From contig CM022665.1 in NCBI GenBank assembly GCA_012295275.1, positions 868,001 to 932,000 of the forward strand: a stretch of DNA of 64,000 nt, in the 5' to 3' direction. A program made the translations under genes and the position numbers. Each line of letters starts with the position of its first letter. Positions within the stretch are counted from its first letter, which is position 1. Below are positions 15,301 to 27,274 of this stretch, piece by piece. The notes under the pieces are model-generated. The model was not told where the DNA came from. It worked only from the letters and a program-made list of their open reading frames with translations, and ran no database searches. This DNA is from Chrysomallon squamiferum. Lineage: Eukaryota; Animalia; Mollusca.

Positions 15301-15914
15301 TTAGGAAATGTTTTATTATGTCAATTTGTAATGAGAAATATATTTACTATTTAGATTTGTAGTGAGGAATATTTTATTTAAATTTTTAATGAGGAATAGT
15401 TTTATTTAGATTTGTAATGAGGAATATACTTTAGCTGATTTACTTGAGTTGGTAACAAGAGAAGATTTACAGAAACTTAACTTGAGGTAAATTTTAGTTT
15501 CAAATAAATGTTTGTAAAATGTTTATTAACAAAAAGAAATAACTAAGAAAAAAAAAAAAAAAAAAAAAAAATATAAATGGCATCTTTTTCTACAAATAAA
15601 TATGGACATCAAATAATGTAGACCATTCAAGTTTGGATTATTGACCAAAAAAAGTAAAAAGAAAACACACCAAAACATTGTAGTTCAACTGGGGTCACTG
15701 GTAATGGCAAAATAAATAAATAAATAAAAATACAAAATACAAATTAGATAATATGACTTGAAAAAAAGATAAAAAATAAATAGTAATAATTTACAGCATG
15801 TTAACTTTTTTACTGCAGGTAAGGTTTATTTTTATTTTTTTATATTCTAGAGGTGGAGTTATCTGTCGCCTGTGGAGGGCAATTCTAGCACACCGACAGT
15901 CCAGTGAGAGATGA
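1..15914 (+). CDS. MAP3K15: ASK-family MAP kinase kinase kinase (ASK1/MAP3K5/MAP3K15 orthologue), 3' portion, 20 exons, 5' end outside window
   Basis: Spliced translation [28 protein letters not shown]...[20 protein letters not shown] (kinase subdomains IX-XI), RSTSEP 14-3-3 motif, [37 protein letters not shown] and SAM-domain LASWLQ...[32 protein letters not shown] are ASK hallmarks; all GT-AG junctions phase-compatible; stop TGA 15912-15914. Confidence 0.93.
282..382 (+). CDS. MAP3K15: ASK exon, kinase domain
   Basis: ttttcag|[34 protein letters not shown]|gtaaat. Confidence 0.93.
785..853 (+). CDS. MAP3K15: ASK exon, end of kinase domain
   Basis: [23 protein letters not shown], phase 2-2. 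Confidence 0.92.
979..1046 (+). CDS. MAP3K15: ASK exon, basic linker / start of 14-3-3 motif
   Basis: [22 protein letters not shown], ag/gt flanks, phase 2-1. Confidence 0.85.
1203..1257 (+). CDS. MAP3K15: ASK exon, linker
   Basis: [19 protein letters not shown], completes RSTSEP; phase 1-2. Confidence 0.8.
1684..1749 (+). CDS. MAP3K15: ASK exon, linker
   Basis: [21 protein letters not shown], ttcag/gtaagt, phase 2-2. Confidence 0.8.
2425..2481 (+). CDS. MAP3K15: ASK putative cassette exon (57 nt)
   Basis: tttacag|[19 protein letters not shown]|gtaggt, phase 2-2, GC-richer island in AT-rich intron. Confidence 0.65.
2686..2848. repeat. compound (TA)n/(TG)n microsatellite
   Basis: visible dinucleotide runs; explains spurious ORFs 2633-2842 and 2679-2882. 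Confidence 0.9.
4722..4772 (+). CDS. MAP3K15: ASK putative cassette exon (51 nt)
   Basis: ttccag|[16 protein letters not shown]|gtaggt, phase 2-2. Confidence 0.6.
   Translation, partial: KFFSKAMLFRWFTKVK
7956..8009 (+). CDS. MAP3K15: ASK putative cassette exon (54 nt)
   Basis: tttcag|[17 protein letters not shown]|gtaaca, phase 2-2. Confidence 0.65.
9293..9350. repeat. (TG)n microsatellite
   Basis: tgtgtgtg... run with tgca/tgta interruptions. Confidence 0.9.
10251..10413 (+). CDS. MAP3K15: ASK exon
   Basis: TDSVLLNSG...[26 protein letters not shown]; tactaac branch point at 10224-10230. Confidence 0.9.
10981..11046 (+). CDS. MAP3K15: ASK exon
   Basis: [22 protein letters not shown], ttag/gtaagt. 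Confidence 0.85.
11485..11563 (+). CDS. MAP3K15: ASK exon
   Basis: [26 protein letters not shown]. Confidence 0.85.
11888..11967 (+). CDS. MAP3K15: ASK exon
   Basis: [27 protein letters not shown]. Confidence 0.88.
12347..12452 (+). CDS. MAP3K15: ASK exon, conserved PHWMFALD block
   Basis: [35 protein letters not shown]. Confidence 0.93.
12731..12887 (+). CDS. MAP3K15: ASK exon
   Basis: ELGANIAG...TSGVSSANS...[16 protein letters not shown]. Confidence 0.88.
13554..13646 (+). CDS. MAP3K15: ASK exon, C-terminal coiled coil
   Basis: [31 protein letters not shown]. Confidence 0.88.
14120..14175 (+). CDS. MAP3K15: ASK exon
   Basis: [18 protein letters not shown], phase 2-1 bridges neighbours. 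Confidence 0.75.
14557..14642 (+). CDS. MAP3K15: ASK exon, start of SAM domain
   Basis: [28 protein letters not shown]. Confidence 0.88.
14846..15428 (+). repeat. degenerate ~30-36 bp tandem repeat whose unit is the SAM-exon 3' splice site plus exon start
   Basis: repeated units resembling tttatttagatttgtaatgaggaata, including near-perfect 36-bp copies around 14977-15063. Confidence 0.8.
15410..15486 (+). CDS. MAP3K15: ASK exon, SAM domain
   Basis: [26 protein letters not shown]. Confidence 0.9.
15851..15914 (+). CDS. MAP3K15: ASK terminal exon, end of SAM domain
   Basis: [20 protein letters not shown] (TGA). Confidence 0.9.
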
Positions 15915-16369
15915 CCAAGATTTCCCACTCGGCCAACTGAGTATTTTATATAAACTTGTTTTTTAACTTACGATGATCTCCTTGTTTGTTGTCTGAATGG
16001 AACCTAACTTCAGGCTGCAGTCTATGATGTTTTCTAAGTAACTGCCATTCTAAATAGATTCTGCATACCATTATTTGGTATTATGTGAAGTTTATAATTT
16101 TGTAAACAATTAATTTGTATAGTTAGTGTCTGTGTTAAACTTACTTAACTATCTATTTGTATTAAGTTTTTGATTTTAGACAAATCACCATAATAATTAT
16201 TTTCAGTGTTGACTGATGAGTTGTCATTCTGAATCAGGTTGTACAAGGAGTTACAGTTTTATTTCCTGTTATGTTTGTATTATTATAGGTTTTGTTTTTA
16301 CAAAACTAACTCACTGAATGATGGCTGTCACTTTTATACTGATTGAAATTACAGAATCAGGTTTCACTT

Positions 16370-16497
16370 CAAGTTGAATATTTCATAAATGCTTGGGATA
16401 AAAAATGTCTTGGATTTCAAAATGTTTTAGATTTTGGAATGTAATAAGATAGAACTTGTTTTTAGGCTTACTGATTTCAGTATTTAGGATAAACTTG
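16370..16497 (+). mobile_element. degenerate pogo/Tigger-like MITE remnant in ASK 3' region
   Basis: caagttgaata...aaatgcttgggat...ttggatttc...agattttggaat ... ggataaacttg|ta resembles, from memory, the termini of Tigger4/MER46-type elements. Confidence 0.4.
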
Positions 16498-19400
16498 TAT
16501 TATACTTGTATTGTTTATACTTTTGTTTTTAGACGAATCATGTCATAATGATAATGATATTGTTGTTATTTTTTTCAGTATTCTAAAGAAAATCTCTGTT
16601 AATATAAAGTGTTGTGTTTTAATGTTTTTACTCTGCTGTTTTACATTTTAAGGCTTGTTCATTTTTCATCATCTGAAAATGCCACCAGAAAACCAATATT
16701 AATATATAATAACCTTCAGTATAAAAAGGTTTTCATGTGTAAATAATTTCACCTTTCATTTAATTTGATATACCTTCATTGTTATGAATAAACTTTTATT
16801 CATATATAGACCTTAATCACTTCACATTGAATCGCATTAAGGTAGTTAATTTCAGTAATGTTACTCACATATGTATTTATATTTTGTTTCTTTATGTATT
16901 AAAAAGAAAGTAACACTTTTGTAATTTTTATTTTGAACTACTTTAAATTATACATGTCCTCGTTTTGCCAGGATAAACATTTGAAAATTTAACTTGAATC
17001 TTTTTTAATAAAGTATTTTTATTGTTCAGTTTAATGATATGTAATAACGATTTGTTCATTACTGTTTTATTAAATATTAAGACCAAATATTTATTATATA
17101 TCATTATGCTGAATTATGTATATCAATATATGCTTTGTTTACATACTGTTGGTTTATTTGAATGTGAGATGTCTGTCAAAAGCTATAAAAAAATGTTGTC
17201 CACAGATAAGTGAAGTATTTAAATGTTGTTTTTAAAAATAAATAAAAATGCTTTACCTCTGTTAAACAATTACAGTTTTATATAATGTTTTGGAATTATA
17301 TTTAGATTATATCACTGTTTTAAATACATACAAACATACATATAAGTGCAGTGATATGACTATATAAACTTGAAGTGCAATGTGCATTAATTATCATTTT
17401 AACTTTAAACATAGGATGTGTAGTTTCAATGGGGGGTTTTTTAGTTTGTTCTTTTTTTTTTTTTTTCATCTTCTAAAACTATGTAAACATGAGATTTGAT
17501 TTGTGTTTTTATTGTCAGTATAAAGTGCAGTTGTGTTTGCTGAACCATACAAACAAAACTTGTGATTTGAGTTTAAGTGTGTTTTAACATTAAGTATATC
17601 AAGTACATTTGGTGAGTTTTCAATGTTTAAACAGTGTAATTTACATTTATTTGTGTTTTAATGCTAAAAACTTGAAAGTTGATAGATTTTATTGCTACAT
17701 ACATTTTTTTTTTCAATGTTTTAACATAATATAAAATAATAATTTGGATATATCTCTCTTTTAAGTTAAAATATATGAAGTACATTTTGTGCTTTTCATT
17801 GTTTAAACACAATACGGTGTATATGTGTTTTAATAATAAAGTGCAGTTCATAGATCTAATTTTTTGAGTATTTAAACAAAATAAGCACAGTATATAATTA
17901 CAGGTTTTAAAATTAAATAAAATACAGTTTATACATTTTTTATTTTTATTTTTTATTTTTAGGCTGTATAAACATGAAGTGCCTGACTTGAGATTCACTG
18001 AAATTTAAATAATTATATTCATCAATGTTTTAACTTTGTCAGTTGCACACTTTTAAAATAATCAGTAAATCTGTGAATATCAAGATTTTTAAAAATGATT
18101 ATCCAATTCATAGGTGTCTTGAAAAATGTCTTTGTTTCTTTTATATCACTGTATAATAAAATTATATATATATATATTTAAAAGTTTTGATAGAGATTCT
18201 TTTTTGAAAATGTTTTTACTTTAACAGTATTGTCATGTTATTGTCTGAGATGTTTTAGTAATGGTATTTTGGAAAGTGTTTTAAAATCTTACATAGTGGT
18301 TCATTTCTTAGATGTTTTGTTTATACATTTACATTATGTAACTTAACATTTTTTTAAAGCACACATACTGTGCTGGTTGCATTTATTACCTTGCACAAAC
18401 ATAAATCTTGTAACATATTTCAGTATTATTTAAAGCATTCATTTTAGCATTCAGATCACTGCACGAGAACCATATAGATGTAAAAAAAATTAAAAAGAAA
18501 GATTTTTTTTTTTTTTTTTTTTTTAAACGTTGGATTGTGAAGACAAATTGCTATTCTTTGTTTTTACCATGAGTTTTTAAATATAATTTTTTATTACATA
18601 ATACCGAATGATGATTGTCAATATATAAGTGCAAATATTTATTCTGCCTTGTTCTGATTTTCATGTGACCGAATTCTCATTTCATTTGTAAATTACCATA
18701 TTTGTTAATAAATGTAACTAATTATTTGTGATTGCATTTGACAAAAATAACTGTGAAATTGTAGCATTTGATAAACATATGTTTGTGTACATGTGTATCT
18801 TTCATTTTAATGTAAAAATTGTTTGTTTTATTTCATTTTGTAAAACCATATTTTAGTAGTCATGTTGTTAAAATGGTTGTGATTCCCAAAATGTAGCATG
18901 AATTTTAAACCAATGGTATAACAGTATTTACACCATGTGTATGTCTGTGTACCAGTATATGAGGGTATCAGATATTGCAAATGTTGGCAAAAATATTGTT
19001 AAAGATACTTAATATTATATATATTTAATAAATACATTATAAGATTCTCTTTCAACAAAATGTTAATAAGCAAAAACATTTATAGCAGTATTTAATTCTG
19101 TATTGTAAGAAGTTTGATAAAAGAAAGTGTTGAACTGCAACATACAGACTTTTTATTATATTATTGGCTTTAATATTTTTTTTCTAAATATACATCAATT
19201 ACATGATTGTTATCTTTGAAATAAAACTGAAAAAGGTCTGTTTATTTGGTTTTCTTAATCTGAAATAATTGTACAGTATATTGTGTAATCTCCATTAGTA
19301 CAACATCCACTTTTACTCATTTTTGTTTTATAACTATCAACATAATAAACATTATTTTACAAAATGATTCAAAGGTAGCCACATTAAGAATTGTTTTAAA

Positions 19401-19518
19401 TAAAAAAAATTAAAAACTTTATATAGAGTAATATGTGCCAAAAATAATAGATTCAGCTTTTAACATTTAGTATCTGTGATGAAGAAAATATTAATAATAG
19501 CCTCAATATTACCAAATG

Positions 19519-19646
<128 letters not shown>

Positions 19647-20553
19647 AGTGGAGGTTTCAAACATCAAAGATGAGGAATATTGTGTACATTTAGAGTATGG
19701 CTGTGGTGGTGAACAAACATAAAATATATTTTGCATCCTTCTAAGTGATTGTTTTATTATTTTGATCACTAACACAAAACTTTCATAATAATAAATAGTG
19801 ACACAGTAGTTTAAAGTTCTTGAAAAGATGTGTAGAGGTGATAATGCACAGAAATGCTAAATAAATCTGACAGATTACACATTGAGATTTTTTATTTCTG
19901 TTCTTGAAAAAACTAAAAGAAAGAAGAAAATGTTAGCCTCCATTTGTCTTCCTAAAGTCTGTTATTATTATTAAATGTGACAATCACGTGTAAGAAAATA
20001 AAAATATGAAACAGTCACTTGTAAATATACAGAATAGTATTTGCACTATTTGTTCATACCACTGTAAATGCAGGAAAGTATATCTGTATAAGATTTAAAT
20101 AGTTGTAACAGATTTTTTTACTGTGTGAAAACTTTGGTCAGTTTAATACAAGATTTGGAATTTCAGTTTTATATTTGACATTTGTTAAGTTTTTTGTTAT
20201 ATCTGTATGAAGTTTGCTGTGATAAATTTGAAAGTCATTGGCATATGTCTGTCAAAAATAAATCCCAAAAATCTTCTAAAATTTAAATTAAAATGTTTTC
20301 TTACATTATTAAAACCAAAAATAGGATAAAAGTTTGCAACAAATAATGTAATAAAGATTTGAATAACTTGTTGTCCATTCCCAAGTATTACACTATTAAA
20401 GTATTATATGAAAATTCATTTAACTGCAGACTCCAGTGAACTAAATTCTTACATTTATTTACTTATTTATTGCAAGGGTTTTTTTAAATATTTTTTTTTT
20501 ACCTTATTGACTAAAAATTAAATTTAAAAAAAATTTAAATTAAATTAAAAATA

Positions 20554-20588
<35 letters not shown>

Positions 20589-20785
20589 AATAAGTATTTT
20601 GGTTGAAAAATATTTAAACTAAAATGTTGTCAGTTTTCATACATACAGTTGAAGTTTTAAAGTGAAAAACTAAATGTGGCTAGCAATTCTGGCATAAAGA
20701 AATTGTATAAATTTGTTTTCAAGCTGGTATTCAAAGGTGAATTTATGGTCTGAATATATATATATGTATTTCTATCATCAACAAG

Positions 20786-20801
20786 GGCGACATCTAGTGA
20801 C
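20786..20801 (-). promoter_or_regulatory. CTCF-like motif (candidate insulator) between convergent genes
   Basis: minus strand reads gtCACTAGATGTCGCC, matching the CTCF core CCACYAGRKGGCRS with small deviations; isolated GC-rich spot in AT-rich DNA. Confidence 0.45.
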
Positions 20802-23800
20802 AGTTGTCTCATCTGCATGATGCAAGAAAGAGCTGGTAAATAACATTTTCAGTGTGGTCATATATTTTTGATGATATCAAAAACTGCTCACATTATCTTG
20901 CAATGTGTCAATGCTACATGACATGCACCTTAATGTTTTGTCACTCAAATCACATTTGAAATATGTACACAGCAACTCATTTTTACTTTTGTTTAATTTG
21001 TTTTTACTTTTACATCAATAATACTTCTTAACCATTAGTAAAGTTTTTAACTTTAATATCTGTTAAAGCATTTTAATACAAATTTCTGAATTGCATCAGT
21101 ATTATTCAAAAAAAATAATAAATAAATAAATGTTCCAGTGAAAGTTTGTACTGAACTGTGCTTTGTAAAACATTATTGAACTGGAGAAATTAAGACAGAA
21201 AATACTTGAAAAATGTGCATTCTGCTGCAGTTTTAAGAACAGAACTTTGTCGTTTTTATAACATACTGGTAATTTCATATTGTTTTGAAAACTAACAATT
21301 GTGTTATTGTAGCAGTATCTGTAAAACAAAAGTTTGATAATTCAGATATGTTTTTCCAGCTTTTGATATAGAAAATTTACTATCCTTTTTATGGTTTTAC
21401 TTTGCATTTAACTTTTTATATTCCATGGTAATACTTCTTTTGTAAGTAAGTACCTGTGATAATTTAAGCAAAAGATTGACAGTGCTTGGAAGCTGGTGCT
21501 TTTTGCTTATTTAAGTATTTTCATACACTGAAAAGACATCATCAAATAAAATAGCCAGCTTTGTATATCTGCTGTATTATTGTGTCCTACTTTATTATTA
21601 GGCAAGACTAATTTAATGGAGGTATGTAAAATATATTAATTTCTTCTCTATGTAAAATCATATATTGCAGCATTAATCTTAAGTTGTTTCAGTTCCATTT
21701 AATTATTAACTGACAAGTTATCTGCATTTATTTTGGAATGGATAAAGTTACATGGCAAAAAAGAAAAACAAACAAAAAATCCACACACCCCCAAATTAAA
21801 AAAAATAACAAAAACAAAAAAACCCAAGATTTAAAAAAAGAAGTCTTTCCATTTCTTTAAAATATGAATATTGTCCATATTTTTATTTTTAAAGTTGAAT
21901 GTTATTAAAGATTTTTTTTTTTTTTTTTAAACAGAGGTTTTATGAAAACAAAGCCTAAATTAATGTAACTTGTATAAATCCAGAATATTATAACATTGGA
22001 TATAAAAATTACATGTATTTTTCATTAACTAATGTATCTTGTGTTTCATGATTTTCTTTTTATCAAGACATTACCTTGGAATGTAAAACCTGTTAGAACA
22101 CCATACATATTGTGATTAAATTATTGAAAATAACACAAATGGTCTTTTATTATGTTCACATAAATTTTCTATTCTTGATTTTTAACTTACTTTTGTTATG
22201 CACAGTCATATCATCTGCCTTTCATTGTTGTTTTAATTGGAGAAGGATGGATGAAGATGCAATTTATAATTAAAAAGAATGCATTAAATAAATAAAAATA
22301 TTATAAAATTGAAAATGAGATCAGAGAAAGAACAGAAAAATACACATCCACACACAAAACAGGAGATAAACAATTAATTACCTGATTATTTTTGAAGTTA
22401 AGATGTAACATCTTAAATTAATTTTCTTCTTTTTCATCCCTAGTTACTGGATGCCAAACCTTGATACATTCTAACATTTATTTGCAAGATCATTTCTACA
22501 ATGAGTACTGTGAATGAGACTTCATACACAAAATTTAAAGACAACCTTACTCAAAATATTTCTTAAATCTTTATTGTACCCAGTAATCATCATTTATGAC
22601 AAATGCTAATTACATATTAATCAGACGACAATACCACAAAGGTCTTACATCTGTATTATTCCTGCGAACTTCAGAAGTGAATTTTGTTTTCATCTATGTT
22701 TTTTGTTGTTTTTTCATTCATCATTTATACATCAGTCTTTCAGAAACAGAAATAAAGCAACAAAGTCATAATTATTTTATTCACTGCAGTAATAATTTCT
22801 CCTTTAATTTCAGACTTAGAAATATTATCAATAACAATGTTCCAAAAATTGTATTTGGTTTTTGTGGTAAAAAGAAACCAAATATTTAAAAAATAATATA
22901 ATAATGATAAAAATAAATAGAACCAGAAAACCCTCTTGTAAAGACCAAATGGTTTCTTAACATGCTAGTAATAATGAATACACCGTTTATAAATATTTCT
23001 ATTATAAATTAAAGTCAAATTAAAATTACATCAGGATGTAGCAAATTTAACAAAAGCAGTAAATAACTGAAATTAATATTAAAATAAATAAATTTCATTA
23101 GATAATTAAACACATTTTATTTTTGACTGAATATGGAAATAGCAAACATACTGATTCTAGACATTTACGGTAAATACACTTTTTCTTTACATTTTATAAA
23201 CTGTTTAATGTCCAAAGCACAGTATAATACATTTGAAGCCAATTTCCCCATAAGCTACATTATAAAATGCCAACTAAACATTTATCTTTACACACCAATG
23301 AACAAAATGTAGGTGGGATCTCAATATATAATGAAATTACAAAAATCACAGATTAGATTATAAAGTAATGTTTTCCTTTGTGGTCATTAAACTGAAAACA
23401 TTTTTACAGAAAAGTAAACCACAGATCAAAATCAGCATAACAATTCTATATTTATCCCCAAACATGCTTTTTCAATCATACATGTATCTCAAAATTTATA
23501 TGCACAATCCTACATTTAAACAACATTTAGACACTTAAGTCCCACAGTTTTATGCATAATTTATGCATATACAATATGTGTAAATGAACAGTAAACAGAC
23601 ATTTTACAAAATTCATTTAATGATATTTACTAACATTTAAAGCCTTTTCTTAACAGTGTATCTCAATAAATTAAATATTTAGGGTTACCCCTAAGCAAAT
23701 ACTCCACAAGAGTTAAAAAAACAGCATGGATGTAATACATGTATTTACAGCTTTACACAAATTCCTTAAAGGTTATCTACTTAAACTGAGAATTTTAAAA

Positions 23801-25112
23801 TGAAAAGTCTAATAGACAATGTAAACAAGCACATTACAGACAACACATTTCCTGAGAATTCATTTCATTTGGCATTGTTTTAAACACTGCTATCACTGTT
23901 CTTACAGTCATATATATATAGATATGTTGTGCTGTTCACAGAATATATAAAAGGGTAAAAAAAAAAAAATAATAATTGCTCCAAAATGCTCTTCCTGAAT
24001 AGCATACACGCAAAACATTACATACAAATAATAGAGCAATATAAATCAACTTATTTACCAAAACTCACCAATCATCTAACACTAGCAAGTACACATGCAC
24101 ACATGTACACTTGGTTATTTTGAATAATACATTGTTTTGGGTATCAATTCCTAAAAACTTTTATAAGTATACATTTAATGTAAAATAGATATAATCTTGT
24201 TGTTTTTTTAACAAAAAAGGGTCAAATTATTTGACATTTTATAAAGTTTCATGACTAAGGAATATTTCCCTTGAGTCCTCAGGGGACACAGTAGGCAAAA
24301 AAAATACAAAATTTGAATAAACAAAACATATATATATATATATATATCAAAAATTTACTTTTTCTGACACATCTTTTAGTTTTTTTTGCAAAAGGAATTG
24401 CATATACACAACTATTATTATAATAATGTGTAGCATCACCCCTATAGACGTAGTAATATAGTTTATAAAACTTCATTTGTTTCTTTCTTTTAATCACATA
24501 TTGTTTTTCATACTAGCCTAACATTCTGGGCAAGATGCTGCATGAAAATTGTGCTAGAGGTTCCAAATTTGAAATGTATATTTATTTAGAAACAAATACT
24601 TCAAAATGACAGAAACCAATTCTTGGAAAAATTAACTATTCTTTTTATATAACCATTATACAATTTTCTGTTGTTTCAAAATACAAATGAAAAACTTTAT
24701 TATATTTGTCTTTATATTTCTTTTGAAATACATAAACAAAGATGAGTTTCTTTCTGTTATTGTGTAGAAACATGTCTATGATGAACTTCAGCAGTTTGAG
24801 ATATATATATATATAGATAGAGATGCTGATGCAGATGCAGATACAGATACAGAAACACAAGCTTCAGCTGGAGATGAAATGGGGTACTATAATATCCACA
24901 AAAATAGAAAAGAAAAAAAAAGTCCCAGATAAAAGAAAGCATTTTTCACAAAAAAATAAACAAGAACTAGTTTTTTTATGGTAATAAAAAGGGATTATTT
25001 CCATCAAGTTTGAATTCTGTAACATAAAAAAATATTATGTTATTTTATTTTCACCGCTTGTCTCTTTAAACCTTCATTTCAATACATCATATTCCTATTT
25101 CAACAATGTTAA

Positions 25113-25231
25113 CCCTAGTACCCGACACACACAATGGCAAACAGCTCAACCTTGGTTCTGATTTGAGTGAAATATACAGCATACTGCTATACTGTGTTTG
25201 GCTGCTATAGAGGTCAGTCCGATTCTAAGGG
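25113..25231. mobile_element. piggyBac-like MITE (119 bp)
   Basis: TTAA|CCCTAGTACCCGAC ... GTCCGATTCTAAGGG|TTAA: TTAA flanks, CCC/GGG ends, imperfect TIRs. Confidence 0.5.
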
Positions 25232-26456
25232 TTAAAAATAGTTTACAGAATATTTAATTAATATTATGATTTAAACAAGTCTTAAATGAAAATTTGTATT
25301 TGTCTTAAAATAGAAAAAATAAATTACAATTTCAAGTCATTATTTCTCTTTTAATAAATCTATCACAGATACTGAAAATTATATATGAAAAAAATAATAG
25401 TTAAAAGTTCAATATACAGTACTAAAATGTTTTTTTTTTTTTTTTAAATGTAAAGGTATGGTGTTTTTGAGATCTGTTACTAAACACAAAACAAATATTT
25501 ATTTTGATGTTATATAACAACTACATACAGCTAGTTCCCTGTTTGCGTTATATATAAATATTTTAAAAGGTTTATTAAACATAAAATATTTAAAGCATTT
25601 ATTTTTAATATAAACATCAGCATTTTTGTGATGTTACCAGGTTCTAAATAAAAATCAAAAATTAACTTCACTGTTTTATACTTTTAAATCAGTTATATTA
25701 TATTATATACAATCTCAACCCTGTTTGCTGCTTCTTTTCATCTTATGGCATGAATCTGATTTGATTCTTTTATAGAGCAGAAAATATTTATTTTTAATTT
25801 AAAGTTTTATCTCTTAATCACATACTGATAATTTGTTATTAGAAACAGAAGGCCAAAATAAACACACAATATAAAAAATAGCATTGCTTATAAAAAATAA
25901 AATAAAAATATCTAAGATTAAAACTGTAACTACCAAGACAGCGAGTCAGTTTTCTTTCATTACTTTTTCTTTTAAAAATTGTATTTTTTATGGCTTTCAA
26001 GCCATACCTGGTATAAATGTCATGTATTTTTTTTTTAAATGTTTGTCACATGTGGTCATGGTGTAAATAAACTGACACACTGAAACTTGTGTTTGTTATC
26101 ATAAATAATTAAATATATCTAGTAAATAAAATGTCTGAATATGTTGTATCTGTCGTCTAGAATCCAATCCATTTCATATTTCAAACATTTTCAGTTAAGC
26201 ATCTTGTCACAGAGCAAAAATACATTCAACCAAAACTTGACTTCATTTTTGTACTCCAATATGAAGTATAAATTCAGCACCATTATAAAAACTACATTAT
26301 CCAAAATGTCATTAATAAAGTTTCTTAACAAATAAAATCATCTTTGAATATTCAGCATCAGAACCAAGCATATGTTCTTTGTCCACTGTTTTAAAAAAAA
26401 AAAAATGTCTAATAACACAACTAAAAATGCCTGTGTGTTATGTGGTATACATTGTA

Positions 26457-26549
26457 TTACATATCAAGCTCATCTGTTGTCAGTAATGGTTGAAGGGTCT
26501 GGATTTTCTCATCATACATGTTTTTCGCATAATTTATCTCTTGAACAAC
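26457..26549 (-). CDS. VPS13D: VPS13D terminal exon
   Basis: VVQEINYAKNMYDEKIQTLQPLLTTDELDM*. Confidence 0.88.
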   Translation of the reverse strand, partial: VVQEINYAKNMYDEKIQTLQPLLTTDELDM

Positions 26550-27243
26550 CTGCAAAAAAAACAAAAAACCATTTTACTTCTGTATCATTATTTTAAATGT
26601 GTTATTTTTGTTTTATATACAGTAAAGCATCTTTGAAAATTCTTAGTATACTATATAAATATGGTATAGTAATAATAATATATTAATAACAAGAAACTGA
26701 ATGTTACTGTATATAATATCAAGCTTATTTACGGCTACCAATTCTGTAGTTTCTCATACAGCATGAAGTATTAAAAACAAATAACAAATGTATAAAATAA
26801 TCAACTAAAATATGAGAAGATATGGACATAAGCATAGTCAAAATGATTGTAAACATAATGGTGAGGATATTAATGTATCACTGAAAACATTAACATGGCT
26901 GTTTACATGTGTATTCCAGTCACTGTCTAGCAAGTTCTGCTTACCTTCTGGGCAATGGCTGCCTTCTCACATCTGACTCTGGGATGTTTCAGGCTGTCTA
27001 GAGTAGATGCTCCATCTGCTTTTGTTGTCAACTCAATGTAGTAGATTGTCTCCTGGGCTAATCCTACACTGGATTCTGACAAACAGAAATAATTTATATT
27101 ACTAATTGTGAAAGAATTTTTTTTTTTTTTTTTTAAATCAGGAGGAATAAAACAAAATATTTTTAAAAATTATAAAAATATATATACTAATATAGATATA
27201 TAAAAATAAAAATAATTTAATTAAATTAAAAAAAAGAAAGATT

Positions 27244-27274
<31 letters not shown>

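Noticed and set aside
14846-15428. Regularly spaced repeats considered as CRISPR-like array
   Set aside because: Eukaryotic intron, units are adjacent and degenerate with no unique spacers or cas genes.
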